From Nitrospirales bacterium (GTDB lineage: Bacteria > Nitrospirota > Nitrospiria > Nitrospirales > UBA8639), in the NCBI GenBank assembly GCA_965223295.1, contig CBDCWC010000003.1:1440001-1504000 (forward strand): DNA of 64,000 nucleotides. The letters are read 5' to 3'. A program made the translations under genes and the position numbers. The notes below the pieces were generated by a model. It had not been told where the DNA came from, made no database searches, and worked only from the letters and a program-made list of their open reading frames with translations. Positions 17,262-26,509 of this stretch are shown piece after piece (within the stretch, counting starts at the first letter, position 1; every line of letters begins with the position of its first letter).

Positions 17262-18650
17262 TTATCGTTCGATCTTGAGTGCTTTTGCGGGTTGAGCGAT
17301 ATCCCCGCTTTTCCCAAAGCGGCCTTCTCCTCCTTCACCCAGCACATTTGTCGTATCAGTATACTCAATTTCTTGGGCTTCTTTGCTCAGGCTATCTTTG
17401 GGTTGCCACCCTAGCTGATCTAGCGTATCTAAAATCACTTTTTTGAGAGCTCCTGATGCGGTCATGCGGGTGGTGGCGAATGCCAGCACCCGCTCGCTTT
17501 CTTTTTCTACCTTGGATAGATCTGGATCATGCAGAAAGGACACAAGAGGTTCAATGGCCGTATCGCCTATTAATACTAAGGAGTTTGCAGCATACTCACG
17601 CAGCACTAAATCTTTCAACAGCAAGATCAAGTCCGGAATGACTTTGGGGTGACGAAAATGGCCGAGGGCTGTTGCCGCGGCTTCTTTGATTAAAAGATCT
17701 TCGCTGATAATGCAGCCAGGGGTCGGTTTCCCTTCCTGTTGAAAGCCTTTTCCCTTTAAGGCTGCTAACACGGGAGGAAAGGCTCGAGGGTCTCCAATCA
17801 TTCCCAAGGAAGCGATGGCATGTCGTTTCACGGTCCCGTCCTTCATCGCTTCTATGAGTGCATCGACTGCCTCTGGGTCGCCAATATTGCCTAGGGCAAT
17901 GGTTGCATCCTCTCTCACGGCCCGATCCGGATCTTTGAGCATGGTGATCAGGGCATTCACGACTCGTGATTCTCTCACCCATACTTTGCCCATTTGATAG
18001 TCTGTGGTCATTCCGCCTAACGCACGGACTCCATGACAACGCACGACAAAATGAGGGTCTTTCAAGGTTTCGAGTAGAGCATCAACCGAGGGGGCTCCAA
18101 TATACATTAAGGCTGTCCCGGCAGTTTCACGAACAATTTTTGAGGTATCTTTAAACAGTTTAATGAGTGTTGGGATAGCTTGAGGGTCTCCGATTTTTCC
18201 CAGAGCTTCGGCCGCCGCACTCTTCACCGCGCCATCCCGATCTCGGCATACTACTATTAGTCCCTTTACGGCTTCAGAATCACGAAGTTCTCCTAGAGTC
18301 TTGGATGCTTGCTCTCGGACGCGCCATCGTTTGTCTTTGAGGCTTGCCAGTAATTTGGGTACGACGCCTTTGCCCATAGAGGCCATGGCTCGAACGGCCT
18401 CGGCCTGGACTTCCATCATGTTGTCATTAAAGAGCGTGATCAGGCCATCGATACTTTTCTCTCCACCAATTTTGGCAAGAGCCCATCCCACATGACTTCG
18501 CACGGCCCAATAGTCATCATCTAAGGCTGAGAGGAGGGGCTCCAACGTTTTTGGGTCCCCTTTTTCTGCAAGCGCTTTGGCCGCTTCTTCTCGGGTGGCA
18601 TCATCCACATCTTCGAGGGCATCGATCCAATCTTGAACAGAGTTCGCCAT
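17262..18650 (-). CDS. HEAT/PBS-lyase repeat protein
   Basis: Repeats VKSAAAEALGKIGD, VREDATIALGNIGD. Confidence 0.9.
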   Translation of the reverse strand: MANSVQDWIDALEDVDDATREEAAKALAEKGDPKTLEPLLSALDDDYWAVRSHVGWALAKIGGEKSIDGLITLFNDNMMEVQAEAVRAMASMGKGVVPKLLASLKDKRWRVREQASKTLGELRDSEAVKGLIVVCRDRDGAVKSAAAEALGKIGDPQAIPTLIKLFKDTSKIVRETAGTALMYIGAPSVDALLETLKDPHFVVRCHGVRALGGMTTDYQMGKVWVRESRVVNALITMLKDPDRAVREDATIALGNIGDPEAVDALIEAMKDGTVKRHAIASLGMIGDPRAFPPVLAALKGKGFQQEGKPTPGCIISEDLLIKEAAATALGHFRHPKVIPDLILLLKDLVLREYAANSLVLIGDTAIEPLVSFLHDPDLSKVEKESERVLAFATTRMTASGALKKVILDTLDQLGWQPKDSLSKEAQEIEYTDTTNVLGEGGEGRFGKSGDIAQPAKALKIER

Positions 18651-18673
18651 ATTGTGCCTTCAAAATGCCTTAG

Positions 18674-19156
18674 TTAGTTCCGTAAATAATCTGGTTCTTG
18701 CGGATAGGGTTGCGTATGGCTGCAACGGATAGTCAATTTTTCGGAACCCCGGCCATTCACACACTGGTCGAGCGTTTTCGCAAAATCCAATGTTCCGGAA
18801 AGCGTCACCTTAAATAAAAAATCGAAGGTGAATGTTCCAAACCGATATTCCCCAGGCTTCAATTTTAACTCTTTGATGTCAGTGGTTTTGTACGCATCCA
18901 TGTTAATGGGATCCTTGGTCCAAATTAACGGTGTGATGCCTGGCACATGCCACCACGTTGGAGGATTTAACGCACTGGGGTCGACCGTAATGGAAAATTC
19001 ACGTAGTAAAGGATTCGTGGGTTCAGCCGCTTCCGCGACTAATGCGAATGCTGTTATCGACAGACAAATCAGAGAGAGACAGAGACTGCGCTTCAATGAA
19101 TTGTTTTGAGGATTTTCGAGCATGATTGATTTATTGATAAATTTTTTCGAGTTCAT
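18674..19156 (-). CDS. Exported hypothetical protein
   Basis: Signal-like LSLICLSITAFALVAEA; beta-rich mature part with two Cys. Start uncertain. Confidence 0.7.
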   Translation of the reverse strand: MNSKKFINKSIMLENPQNNSLKRSLCLSLICLSITAFALVAEAAEPTNPLLREFSITVDPSALNPPTWWHVPGITPLIWTKDPINMDAYKTTDIKELKLKPGEYRFGTFTFDFLFKVTLSGTLDFAKTLDQCVNGRGSEKLTIRCSHTQPYPQEPDYLRN

Positions 19157-20183
19157 TTTCCGTCGTTCGCCGTTGAGGTGTGGATTGAAAAATTTCTTTG
19201 ATTGCTTGGCTTTCCCATTCTGTGTGTGTTTGGAGGCCTAGAGCGTACATAATGGTCGCGCTCGTATCCAGCAGGGTCACGTCCTGGGCAATCGCATGGT
19301 GCTTTTTCACATTGGTTCCCCATGCAATCAAAGGGATTGTGGGATCTAGCTCGACTGTTTCCCCCTTTTTGACTTTCTTGGTAAGAGGATTGAGTGGGCC
19401 GCCGTTTAATCCTGTCACGATAAACATGGTTTTGTCCAAGACTCCAATTTCCTCATAATTCTTTATGATTTGGTAAATGGCCGTATCGACAGAGGTCACC
19501 GCTGCGGCATATTTTGGCGAGTCCCACCCATACTTTTCGCCAACGCGTGCGGCAGTGGGGAAATGAGCAACTAGTAGGTTAGGGACTCCAAAGAGCCGGA
19601 AGCCATGTCCGCCATCACCGGTGACTTTTCTGAGGAAATCTTGAATGTAGACTGAGACGGTTTCGGGTGTACATTGTGGTTTGGTATAGCCACAGACTTG
19701 AGAGTCAACATAAATTTCTGGACGAACCAGCTGATACAGCCGTTCGTCCATGAGGAACACACCTGTGTCAGCCCCGCCAGCGAGGTCCATATAATCAAAG
19801 ACTGTAGGGGAACGCATAAACGAACGGGCAAAGTCATAGTCTTCCCAGGCGGCGGTGACACGATGTTTTTCCACTGGCAGTCCGGTCAGCAACGAGGCCA
19901 TGGCCGAGACAGTCAGGGGAGGGGTAATGGATTGTGCAGACCAAGAAACTGCGCCCTCTTCGGCAAGCTTAGCCAGTTGAGGAGTCGCACCGTTTTGGAT
20001 TGTCGATGATTTGATTCCTTCGAGAACGACAAGAACAATATGTTCCGCTTGTGTGGCTGTTGCCGCGCTAGTAGCAGTATTGATTCCACCCAAACTGAGC
20101 CATAAAAGATTGAGGGCAACAAAAGACATTTTGGGTAAGGTTTTTGCCAATTCCCAGCTGGACCGATGCCGAAAAATACTCAT
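19131..20183 (-). CDS. Alkaline phosphatase/phosphodiesterase superfamily protein, degenerate active site
   Basis: HIVLVVLEG, PPLTVSAMASLLTGL, IPLIAWG, LLDTSATI reproduce the fold motifs; signal peptide. Confidence 0.8.
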   Translation of the reverse strand: MSIFRHRSSWELAKTLPKMSFVALNLLWLSLGGINTATSAATATQAEHIVLVVLEGIKSSTIQNGATPQLAKLAEEGAVSWSAQSITPPLTVSAMASLLTGLPVEKHRVTAAWEDYDFARSFMRSPTVFDYMDLAGGADTGVFLMDERLYQLVRPEIYVDSQVCGYTKPQCTPETVSVYIQDFLRKVTGDGGHGFRLFGVPNLLVAHFPTAARVGEKYGWDSPKYAAAVTSVDTAIYQIIKNYEEIGVLDKTMFIVTGLNGGPLNPLTKKVKKGETVELDPTIPLIAWGTNVKKHHAIAQDVTLLDTSATIMYALGLQTHTEWESQAIKEIFQSTPQRRTTENELEKIYQ

Positions 20184-20464
20184 GATTTTTGCGATACTCC
20201 ATGTGAAAAATCAACATGAAAAAATGAAGTGAATGATAGTTAAAACCCAGTATTTATCTTTACAAAACCTCTTCAAGACGAAAATGAACTGTCCGCATGT
20301 CATTCAGGCCATTGAACTTATCATGCACATTTTCTGGTGGTCAACCAAATGAAGCACGGCTGGTTAGAGGGAATCGGGTCAGATAGAAAAAATTTATACG
20401 CCCTTGCTCTGAGAGGTGTGGATCGACTAAAAAAGTATCCCTTTGCTCTCAGGGTCTTGAGCTA

Positions 20465-21742
20465 ATGCCTCAAAATAACAATTTTCAGCATTCCCAATAT
20501 TCTCGTTCCAATCCTGGAGAACGAGTCTCCTATCCAACGTTTAAGCCTGGTAGTCCCATTAATTCCTCAGCTTGGAAGGAAGCCATGGCTCAGCTTGGAA
20601 ACCAATTGTCCAGATCTCACGTCAAAGGCCTTGTATTTGTCAGTGGACATCCCTATTCCGACCTATTTGGTTCGGCTCGCTTAGATGAAGTCGGGGGCTT
20701 AAAACGTGGTTATTCAAGGGGGATTTCAGGATTAGAGTCATTGTTGGCTCTTCTTCGGCCGTCCACGAATGGCATTGGAAACACTGATGATCCCATCCAT
20801 CCACCGCTGACAAATGATACATCGACCCATGAGCTATTGGATGGTCTTGCTCAAGAGGTTGGGAATTTTACGATGAACTATGTGAAGAAGTTCCAGGAAG
20901 GGTTAAATCCGGAAGGGAAGGTGGCCATGCCTTGTCATCGATATGTCTGGTCATCCGTTCATCATCATCTTGGGCGAATAGAAGCCGCAGTTGCTTTTGT
21001 CGAGTTCCTAGAGGGATGGGGCAATGATCTTTCACTCGCTCAGAGTGATCGGATTTTGCTGGTTGCACATGGACATGCGGGGCAGGTGTTAGCTCTGGTT
21101 TCTAATCTCATTACTTCTGGTGAATCTGAGGGTCGTCCAAGAATTTTTGAAATTTTAGCGAAATTCTGGGAGGTCAGCCCGAGTGAGGTTCGGTCTGTCG
21201 AGCGATTGGAGAAACTCTATCCGGCACTAGCCAAGCAACAATTTTTGGGTGGTGCTTCTGTCGATATGGTGACCTTAGGTACCCCGGTTCGATATGGATG
21301 GGATACCGATGGAGTTAGTCGCTTGCTGCATATTGTCAATCACCGAGGGATTCGGCACGATGGAAAACGATGGTTGTCCAAGATGGAATTGCCCCAGACG
21401 GCGTGGGAGATGCCTTATCTGACGGGCGGTGACTATGTTCAACAATTAGCTGTGGCGGGCACGGACGTTCTACCGGATTCTCCTGAAATGGAGCTGGCCA
21501 ATGTGGATCTTAGAGAATTATTAGAGCCCTACGATGGGTTTGAGCGGTGGCTAGAATGTACCAGGCGGACTACACGATGTTCGAACGATGGACAATGCGT
21601 GTTAGTTGACTATGGGGTACAAGCGTCGGAAGAAAAGCCAAGGCAGCATTTGTATGGTCATGGATGCTATACGCGGAGTCGGGCCATGGAGTTTTTAGCA
21701 AAAGAAATCGCGAAGTCGATGTATCCTGATCACGTGGGTTAA
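20465..21742 (+). CDS. Alpha/beta-hydrolase-fold-like hypothetical protein
   Basis: ILLVAHGHAGQV elbow-like motif, VTLGTP, C-terminal YGHGCY. Confidence 0.65.
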   Translation: MPQNNNFQHSQYSRSNPGERVSYPTFKPGSPINSSAWKEAMAQLGNQLSRSHVKGLVFVSGHPYSDLFGSARLDEVGGLKRGYSRGISGLESLLALLRPSTNGIGNTDDPIHPPLTNDTSTHELLDGLAQEVGNFTMNYVKKFQEGLNPEGKVAMPCHRYVWSSVHHHLGRIEAAVAFVEFLEGWGNDLSLAQSDRILLVAHGHAGQVLALVSNLITSGESEGRPRIFEILAKFWEVSPSEVRSVERLEKLYPALAKQQFLGGASVDMVTLGTPVRYGWDTDGVSRLLHIVNHRGIRHDGKRWLSKMELPQTAWEMPYLTGGDYVQQLAVAGTDVLPDSPEMELANVDLRELLEPYDGFERWLECTRRTTRCSNDGQCVLVDYGVQASEEKPRQHLYGHGCYTRSRAMEFLAKEIAKSMYPDHVG

Positions 21743-21917
21743 ACACGATAAGTTACGTGATTGCCAAACTCTCTGGGCCTTTCGACCTTTGTTGTCCTAG
21801 ACATAAAGACACATTGATTATTTTTTAGAACCTATGATATCAATCAGGACTTTGTCTAAAAGAAAGAATTGACGGTGTAGGTTCTGTTTTTCGTAATAAT
21901 TTTCGAGATATGATCCT

Positions 21918-23084
21918 ATGAAAATTGGTGTGATCAAAGAAACGTATCCTGGTGAACAACGTGTGGCCTTGGTTCCAGCCGTGTTGCCTTCACTTACGAA
22001 GGGAGGCATGGAGGTGGTAGTTGAGTCAAAGGCCGGTGAGGCATCAGGATATCCGGATGCGGCTTATACCGAAAAGGGTGCGACTATCGCTGAATCTCGT
22101 GATCAGGTTTTTGAGATGTCCGATTTCGTTCTTCAGGTTCGCTTATTAGGGGCCAATCCTGATGAAGGCAAAGCAGATGTGCAGAAGTTCCGAAAAGGCC
22201 AAATGCTTGTGGGAATGGCAGAGGCGCTGAGTAATCCCCAATCGGTTCAAGATTTAGCCACGCAAGGTGTGACAGCTTTTGCTCTGGAACTGATGCCTCG
22301 AATTACGCGGGCTCAAAGTATGGATATTTTATCTTCCATGGGGACTGTCGCTGGTTATAAGGCTGTGCTGATGGCAGCCAATACTTTGCCGAAAATGTTT
22401 CCGATGCTGATGACAGCTGCTGGAACGGTGACTCCCGCTAAAGTCTTAATTATTGGGGCTGGGGTTGCCGGGCTGCAAGCTATTTCCGTAGCTCGTCGCC
22501 TTGGCGCGTCGGTGGAAGCCTATGATATTCGTCCTGCTGTGAAAGAACAGATCTTGAGCTTGGGGGCCAAATTTGTTGAGTTGCCGCTGGAAACAGGTGA
22601 TGCAGAAGATAAGGGTGGATACGCTAAAGCGCAAGATGAGGCTTTTTATCAGAAACAGCGGGAACTTCTGGGGAAGGTAATTGCTAGCAGCGACGTGGTT
22701 ATTTCCACCGCAGCTGTACCAGGTAAAAAGGCTCCAGTCCTTATTACGAAAGAGATGGTTGCTGGTATGGCACCTGGTTCGGTCATTGTCGACTTGGCGG
22801 CCGAACGGGGAGGTAATTGTGAGCTGACAAAGCCAGGTGAAACAATTGTTGCTCATGGGGTGATGATTCAGGGGCCTGAAAATTTGTCATCCACTATTCC
22901 CTATCATGCCAGTCAGATGTATGCAAAAAATGTGGCGACTTTTTTGTTACACCTCGTGAAAAAAGGTGAACTGACTCTGGATATGGAAGATGAAATTACC
23001 AAAGAAACGCTGATGACGCAAAATGGGGAAGTCGTTCAGCCACGTATTCGAGAGATGTTAGGGCTCCCGGCCTCATCAACATAA
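21918..23084 (+). CDS. pntAA: NAD(P) transhydrogenase alpha subunit, part 1
   Basis: RVALVP, PRITRAQSMD, GAGVAGLQAI, DLAAERGGNC. Confidence 0.96.
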   Translation: MKIGVIKETYPGEQRVALVPAVLPSLTKGGMEVVVESKAGEASGYPDAAYTEKGATIAESRDQVFEMSDFVLQVRLLGANPDEGKADVQKFRKGQMLVGMAEALSNPQSVQDLATQGVTAFALELMPRITRAQSMDILSSMGTVAGYKAVLMAANTLPKMFPMLMTAAGTVTPAKVLIIGAGVAGLQAISVARRLGASVEAYDIRPAVKEQILSLGAKFVELPLETGDAEDKGGYAKAQDEAFYQKQRELLGKVIASSDVVISTAAVPGKKAPVLITKEMVAGMAPGSVIVDLAAERGGNCELTKPGETIVAHGVMIQGPENLSSTIPYHASQMYAKNVATFLLHLVKKGELTLDMEDEITKETLMTQNGEVVQPRIREMLGLPASST

Positions 23085-23097
23085 GGACAAGACAGCT

Positions 23098-23382
23098 ATG
23101 GAAGACATGTTCATTATGGGCCTGACGATTTTTGTCCTAGCCATTTTTGTCGGGTTCGAAATTATTACCAAGATCCCCCCAACTCTCCATACGCCTCTGA
23201 TGTCGGGTTCCAATGCTATTTCCGGCATCACCCTAGTGGGTGCCGTATTGTCGTCTGGGGCTCAGCACACCATGACGACGACAATACTCGGTGTGTTAGC
23301 CGTCATCTTTGCCACAATCAATGTTGTTGGCGGATTTATGGTGACCAATCGAATGTTGGAAATGTTTAAAAAGAAATCCTAA
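23098..23382 (+). CDS. pntAB: NAD(P) transhydrogenase alpha subunit, part 2
   Basis: LHTPLMSGSNAISG, NVVGGFMVTNRML. Confidence 0.96.
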   Translation: MEDMFIMGLTIFVLAIFVGFEIITKIPPTLHTPLMSGSNAISGITLVGAVLSSGAQHTMTTTILGVLAVIFATINVVGGFMVTNRMLEMFKKKS

Positions 23383-23400
23383 TTGGGAAAATAAAACGGA

Positions 23401-24786
23401 ATGTCTGCACTGATTAATATCGGGTATTTGCTTGCTTCGGTCTTGTTTATCTTAGGCCTCAAGGGCCTGACGCATCCTCGTACGGCAGTCCAAGGCAATT
23501 TGATGGGGGCTATTGGGATGTTGTTAGCCGTTGTGCTGACGCTGACCAATCAGAGGATTGTTAGTTACGAAATGATCATTTTGGGTTTGGTAATTGGTGG
23601 AGCCATTGGGGCGCTCTTAGCCATAAAAATTGAAATGACTTCCATGCCAGAACTAGTAGCCGTATTTAATGGATTTGGTGGCATTGCTTCCGTGTTGGTG
23701 GCGGGTGCAGCGCTACTAGAAAATACATTGAATGGTGAAATTCCGGTGATGCAGTTAACCGTAGCCATTGCCGCATCAGGTCTTATTGGGGCAGTAACTT
23801 TTTGGGGAAGCCTCGTGGCCTTTGGAAAGTTAAAAGGACTCATAGGCGACGGTGCGGTCTTATTCTCTGGGCAGCAGGTCATCAATACGATCTTGGCTGC
23901 TACAATGTTGGCCTTAAGTTGTTGGGTAGTAATTGATCCAACAAATGGCATAGCCTATTGGCTTTTGGTTGGTGTGGCTTCGGTACTTGGGGTTCTCTTA
24001 GTTATCCCAGTAGGCGGGGCTGATATGCCCGTTGTGGTCGCCCTCCTGAATTCCTATTCAGGTTTAGCGGCAGCGGCCACAGGGTTTGTTTTGTCAAATA
24101 ATGTCTTAATCATCACAGGTTCATTGGTTGGAGCCTCGGGGCTTATTTTGACTCAAATCATGTGTAAGGCCATGAATCGATCATTGACGAATGTTTTGTT
24201 CGGAGTATTGGCACCTGTAGGTGGTGGGCCTTCCGCTGATGAAGTGTATGAAGGGAAGGTCAAATCCACATCACCAGAGGAAGTCGCGATGTTGTTTGAG
24301 TCGGCACGGCGCGTCTCGATTATACCTGGGTATGGAATGGCGGTTTCCCAAGCGCAGCATCCAGTTGCCAGCTTAGCTGCCTTATTAGAAAGTCGAGGAA
24401 CGAAGGTTGAATATGGCGTACATCCTGTTGCAGGGCGAATGCCTGGCCATATGAATGTCTTGCTGGCCGAAGCTGATGTCCCCTATGAAGCATTACGAGA
24501 CATGGACGAAACAAACGAAGATATCGATCAAGTGGATGTTGCGTTGGTCATAGGTGCTAATGATGTCGTGAATCCTGTTGCGAGGACGGATCCTAATAGC
24601 GCTATAGCAGGGATGCCTATTATTGACGTTGATAAAGCCAAAACAGTGGTTGTTATCAAGCGAAGCTTGAGTCCTGGGTTTGCTGGAATACCTAACCCGT
24701 TGTTTTCTTTAGATAACTCTTTAATGCTTTTTGGCGATGGCAAGAAGGCAGTCTTAGACATGATTGCCGCTCTTAAAGATTCGTAG
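23401..24786 (+). CDS. pntB: NAD(P) transhydrogenase beta subunit
   Basis: GGADMPVV, PGYGMAV, HPVAGRMPGHMNVLLAEA, GANDVVNP. Confidence 0.97.
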   Translation: MSALINIGYLLASVLFILGLKGLTHPRTAVQGNLMGAIGMLLAVVLTLTNQRIVSYEMIILGLVIGGAIGALLAIKIEMTSMPELVAVFNGFGGIASVLVAGAALLENTLNGEIPVMQLTVAIAASGLIGAVTFWGSLVAFGKLKGLIGDGAVLFSGQQVINTILAATMLALSCWVVIDPTNGIAYWLLVGVASVLGVLLVIPVGGADMPVVVALLNSYSGLAAAATGFVLSNNVLIITGSLVGASGLILTQIMCKAMNRSLTNVLFGVLAPVGGGPSADEVYEGKVKSTSPEEVAMLFESARRVSIIPGYGMAVSQAQHPVASLAALLESRGTKVEYGVHPVAGRMPGHMNVLLAEADVPYEALRDMDETNEDIDQVDVALVIGANDVVNPVARTDPNSAIAGMPIIDVDKAKTVVVIKRSLSPGFAGIPNPLFSLDNSLMLFGDGKKAVLDMIAALKDS

Positions 24787-24970
24787 AGAAAAATTTCTTA
24801 TAAGTGGTATGTCGTAAGGTTTATCTAACTATATGATTTAAAACATATTTTTATATTTCATGCTCTCATTTCTTTCTTGCATAGGCTTGAAACACATGAT
24901 AAAGTATGGAGCTTGGAAGCCGAAAAAATAGAAAGAATTCATAAATTTCAAGCAACCATTTGAGGGAATT

Positions 24971-25165
24971 GTGGAAGTACGAGTCATCAATAATAATGTA
25001 GAAAAAGCTTTGAAAGTTGCCAAGAAGAAATTGGCGGCAGATGGGTTGTTTCGAGAATTAAAACGGCGTCGATTCTATGAAAAACCTAGCGTGAAGAAAA
25101 AAGCGAAAGAGCGCGAGGCAGCGCGACGTCGACAAAAGTGGTTATCTAAGCATCGCATGTTCTAA
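24971..25165 (+). CDS. rpsU: 30S ribosomal protein S21
   Basis: EKALKVAKKK...ELKRRRFYEKPSVKKK. Confidence 0.93.
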   Translation: MEVRVINNNVEKALKVAKKKLAADGLFRELKRRRFYEKPSVKKKAKEREAARRRQKWLSKHRMF

Positions 25166-25322
25166 GTGCTTTCATCTTCTTTCCAAGCCTAGGTCTCTCT
25201 AATAAGCGGTTTTCCATATAGTCATCTCTCCTCCTAATCAGCCATCTAGCTTCCAGGACGAAGACATTCAAGTCGTCCTTCAACAAATCAAAAAAGCTAA
25301 TAGGCAGTGGCCGTCCTCTTTT

Positions 25323-25892
25323 ATGGCAGAACTAGCTGCCAGTGGTTCTGATCCGTTTGAAATTCTTGTGGCCTGCATTTTAAGCCTGCGAACTCGTGAT
25401 CAAACAACGGCAGAAGCAAGTAGGCGGTTGTTTGCTTTGTCTGTCGATCCGTTTTCAATGGCCAGGCTGAATCTCAAAAAATTAGAAAACGCCATATTCC
25501 CTGTTGGATTTTATCGAACCAAAGCCAAGCAAATACGGGAAGTGTCGAAGCAGATTTGTGAAAGCTTTGATGGACGGGTTCCTGAGGCCATTGATGAGTT
25601 AGTGAAGTTGCCAGGAGTTGGACGGAAAACCGCTAACTTAGTAAGAACTGTGGGATATAAAAAACAAGGGATCTGTGTAGATATTCATGTCCATCGTATT
25701 TGCAATCGTTTGGGATATGTCTGTACTCATTCTCCAGATGAAACGGAATTTGTTCTTCGTCAGAAGCTTCCGCGAAAATATTGGATTATCTTGAATGACT
25801 TATTGGTAACCTTTGGGCAACATCAATGTACTCCACGCAATCCGCACTGTAATACGTGTCCGGTAAATGAATTGTGTTCAAAAATTCTCTGA
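25323..25892 (+). CDS. nth: Endonuclease III (true start probably upstream)
   Basis: HhH LPGVGRKTAN, VDIHVHRI, [4Fe-4S] motif CTPRNPHCNTCPVNELC. Confidence 0.9.
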   Translation: MAELAASGSDPFEILVACILSLRTRDQTTAEASRRLFALSVDPFSMARLNLKKLENAIFPVGFYRTKAKQIREVSKQICESFDGRVPEAIDELVKLPGVGRKTANLVRTVGYKKQGICVDIHVHRICNRLGYVCTHSPDETEFVLRQKLPRKYWIILNDLLVTFGQHQCTPRNPHCNTCPVNELCSKIL

Positions 25893-25938
25893 TTCTTTAA
25901 GTCTCTGCGCCTCCACGCTGAACCCTATTTTTCCTTCA

Positions 25939-26060
25939 GGGCCTGTTGAAAAAATCCGCCAGCGGCGTTCTCGCCATTTTTGAACAGCCCCCAGGCTGTT
26001 GATCGCCAAGAGCTTCATGGCGAAATATGCCCCTTGATATCTTCATTATTCAATACTCCC
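25939..26060 (+). mobile_element. MITE family 1, copy 4 (internally deleted)
   Basis: Ends GGGCCTGTTGAAAAA and TTATTCAATACTCCC. Perfect duplication CTTCA (25934-25938, 26061-26065). Confidence 0.88.
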
Positions 26061-26311
26061 CTTCAAGAATTGGTTACCTTAGGCCCTGTGCATTACCTTT
26101 ACGTAACGTCAGGTATTCCATTGAAATATCGTGAAAAATAGTCGAAAAAAGCGAAAAGCTGAGATTGCTTTTTAGAAGTGAAAGAAATTCATGGAATATC
26201 GACCTCTAAAGCGTTACCGAAAGTAAACGACCTATCTTGAGGCCTAGAACAAAAAAATAAAATTAAGTCAATAATTTCAAATATTTACAAATATTAAGGT
26301 TTCAAAAAAAA

Positions 26312-26328
26312 TAGGTGTAAATATTGCT
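26312..26328 (+). promoter_or_regulatory. Candidate sigma-54 (-24/-12) promoter of nxrAB
   Basis: TAGGTGTAAATATTGCT: GG-N10-GC with TTGC; AT-rich IHF-like tract just upstream. Confidence 0.55.
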
Positions 26329-26509
26329 CAACAAGTTTATATGATTTTTCCCATTATTCCTCGCAACAAAGTAGTTCCATTCTAGGCGTCAACCTAAATA
26401 AATCAACAAATCCAAAAGGAAAGGAGGGTGATTAATTTATTTTCCGTCTGGTTTCATGAATGAATTCATGGACTCTATCTGTCCTGTATTTACTTAGGAG
26501 GTGTAAGCA

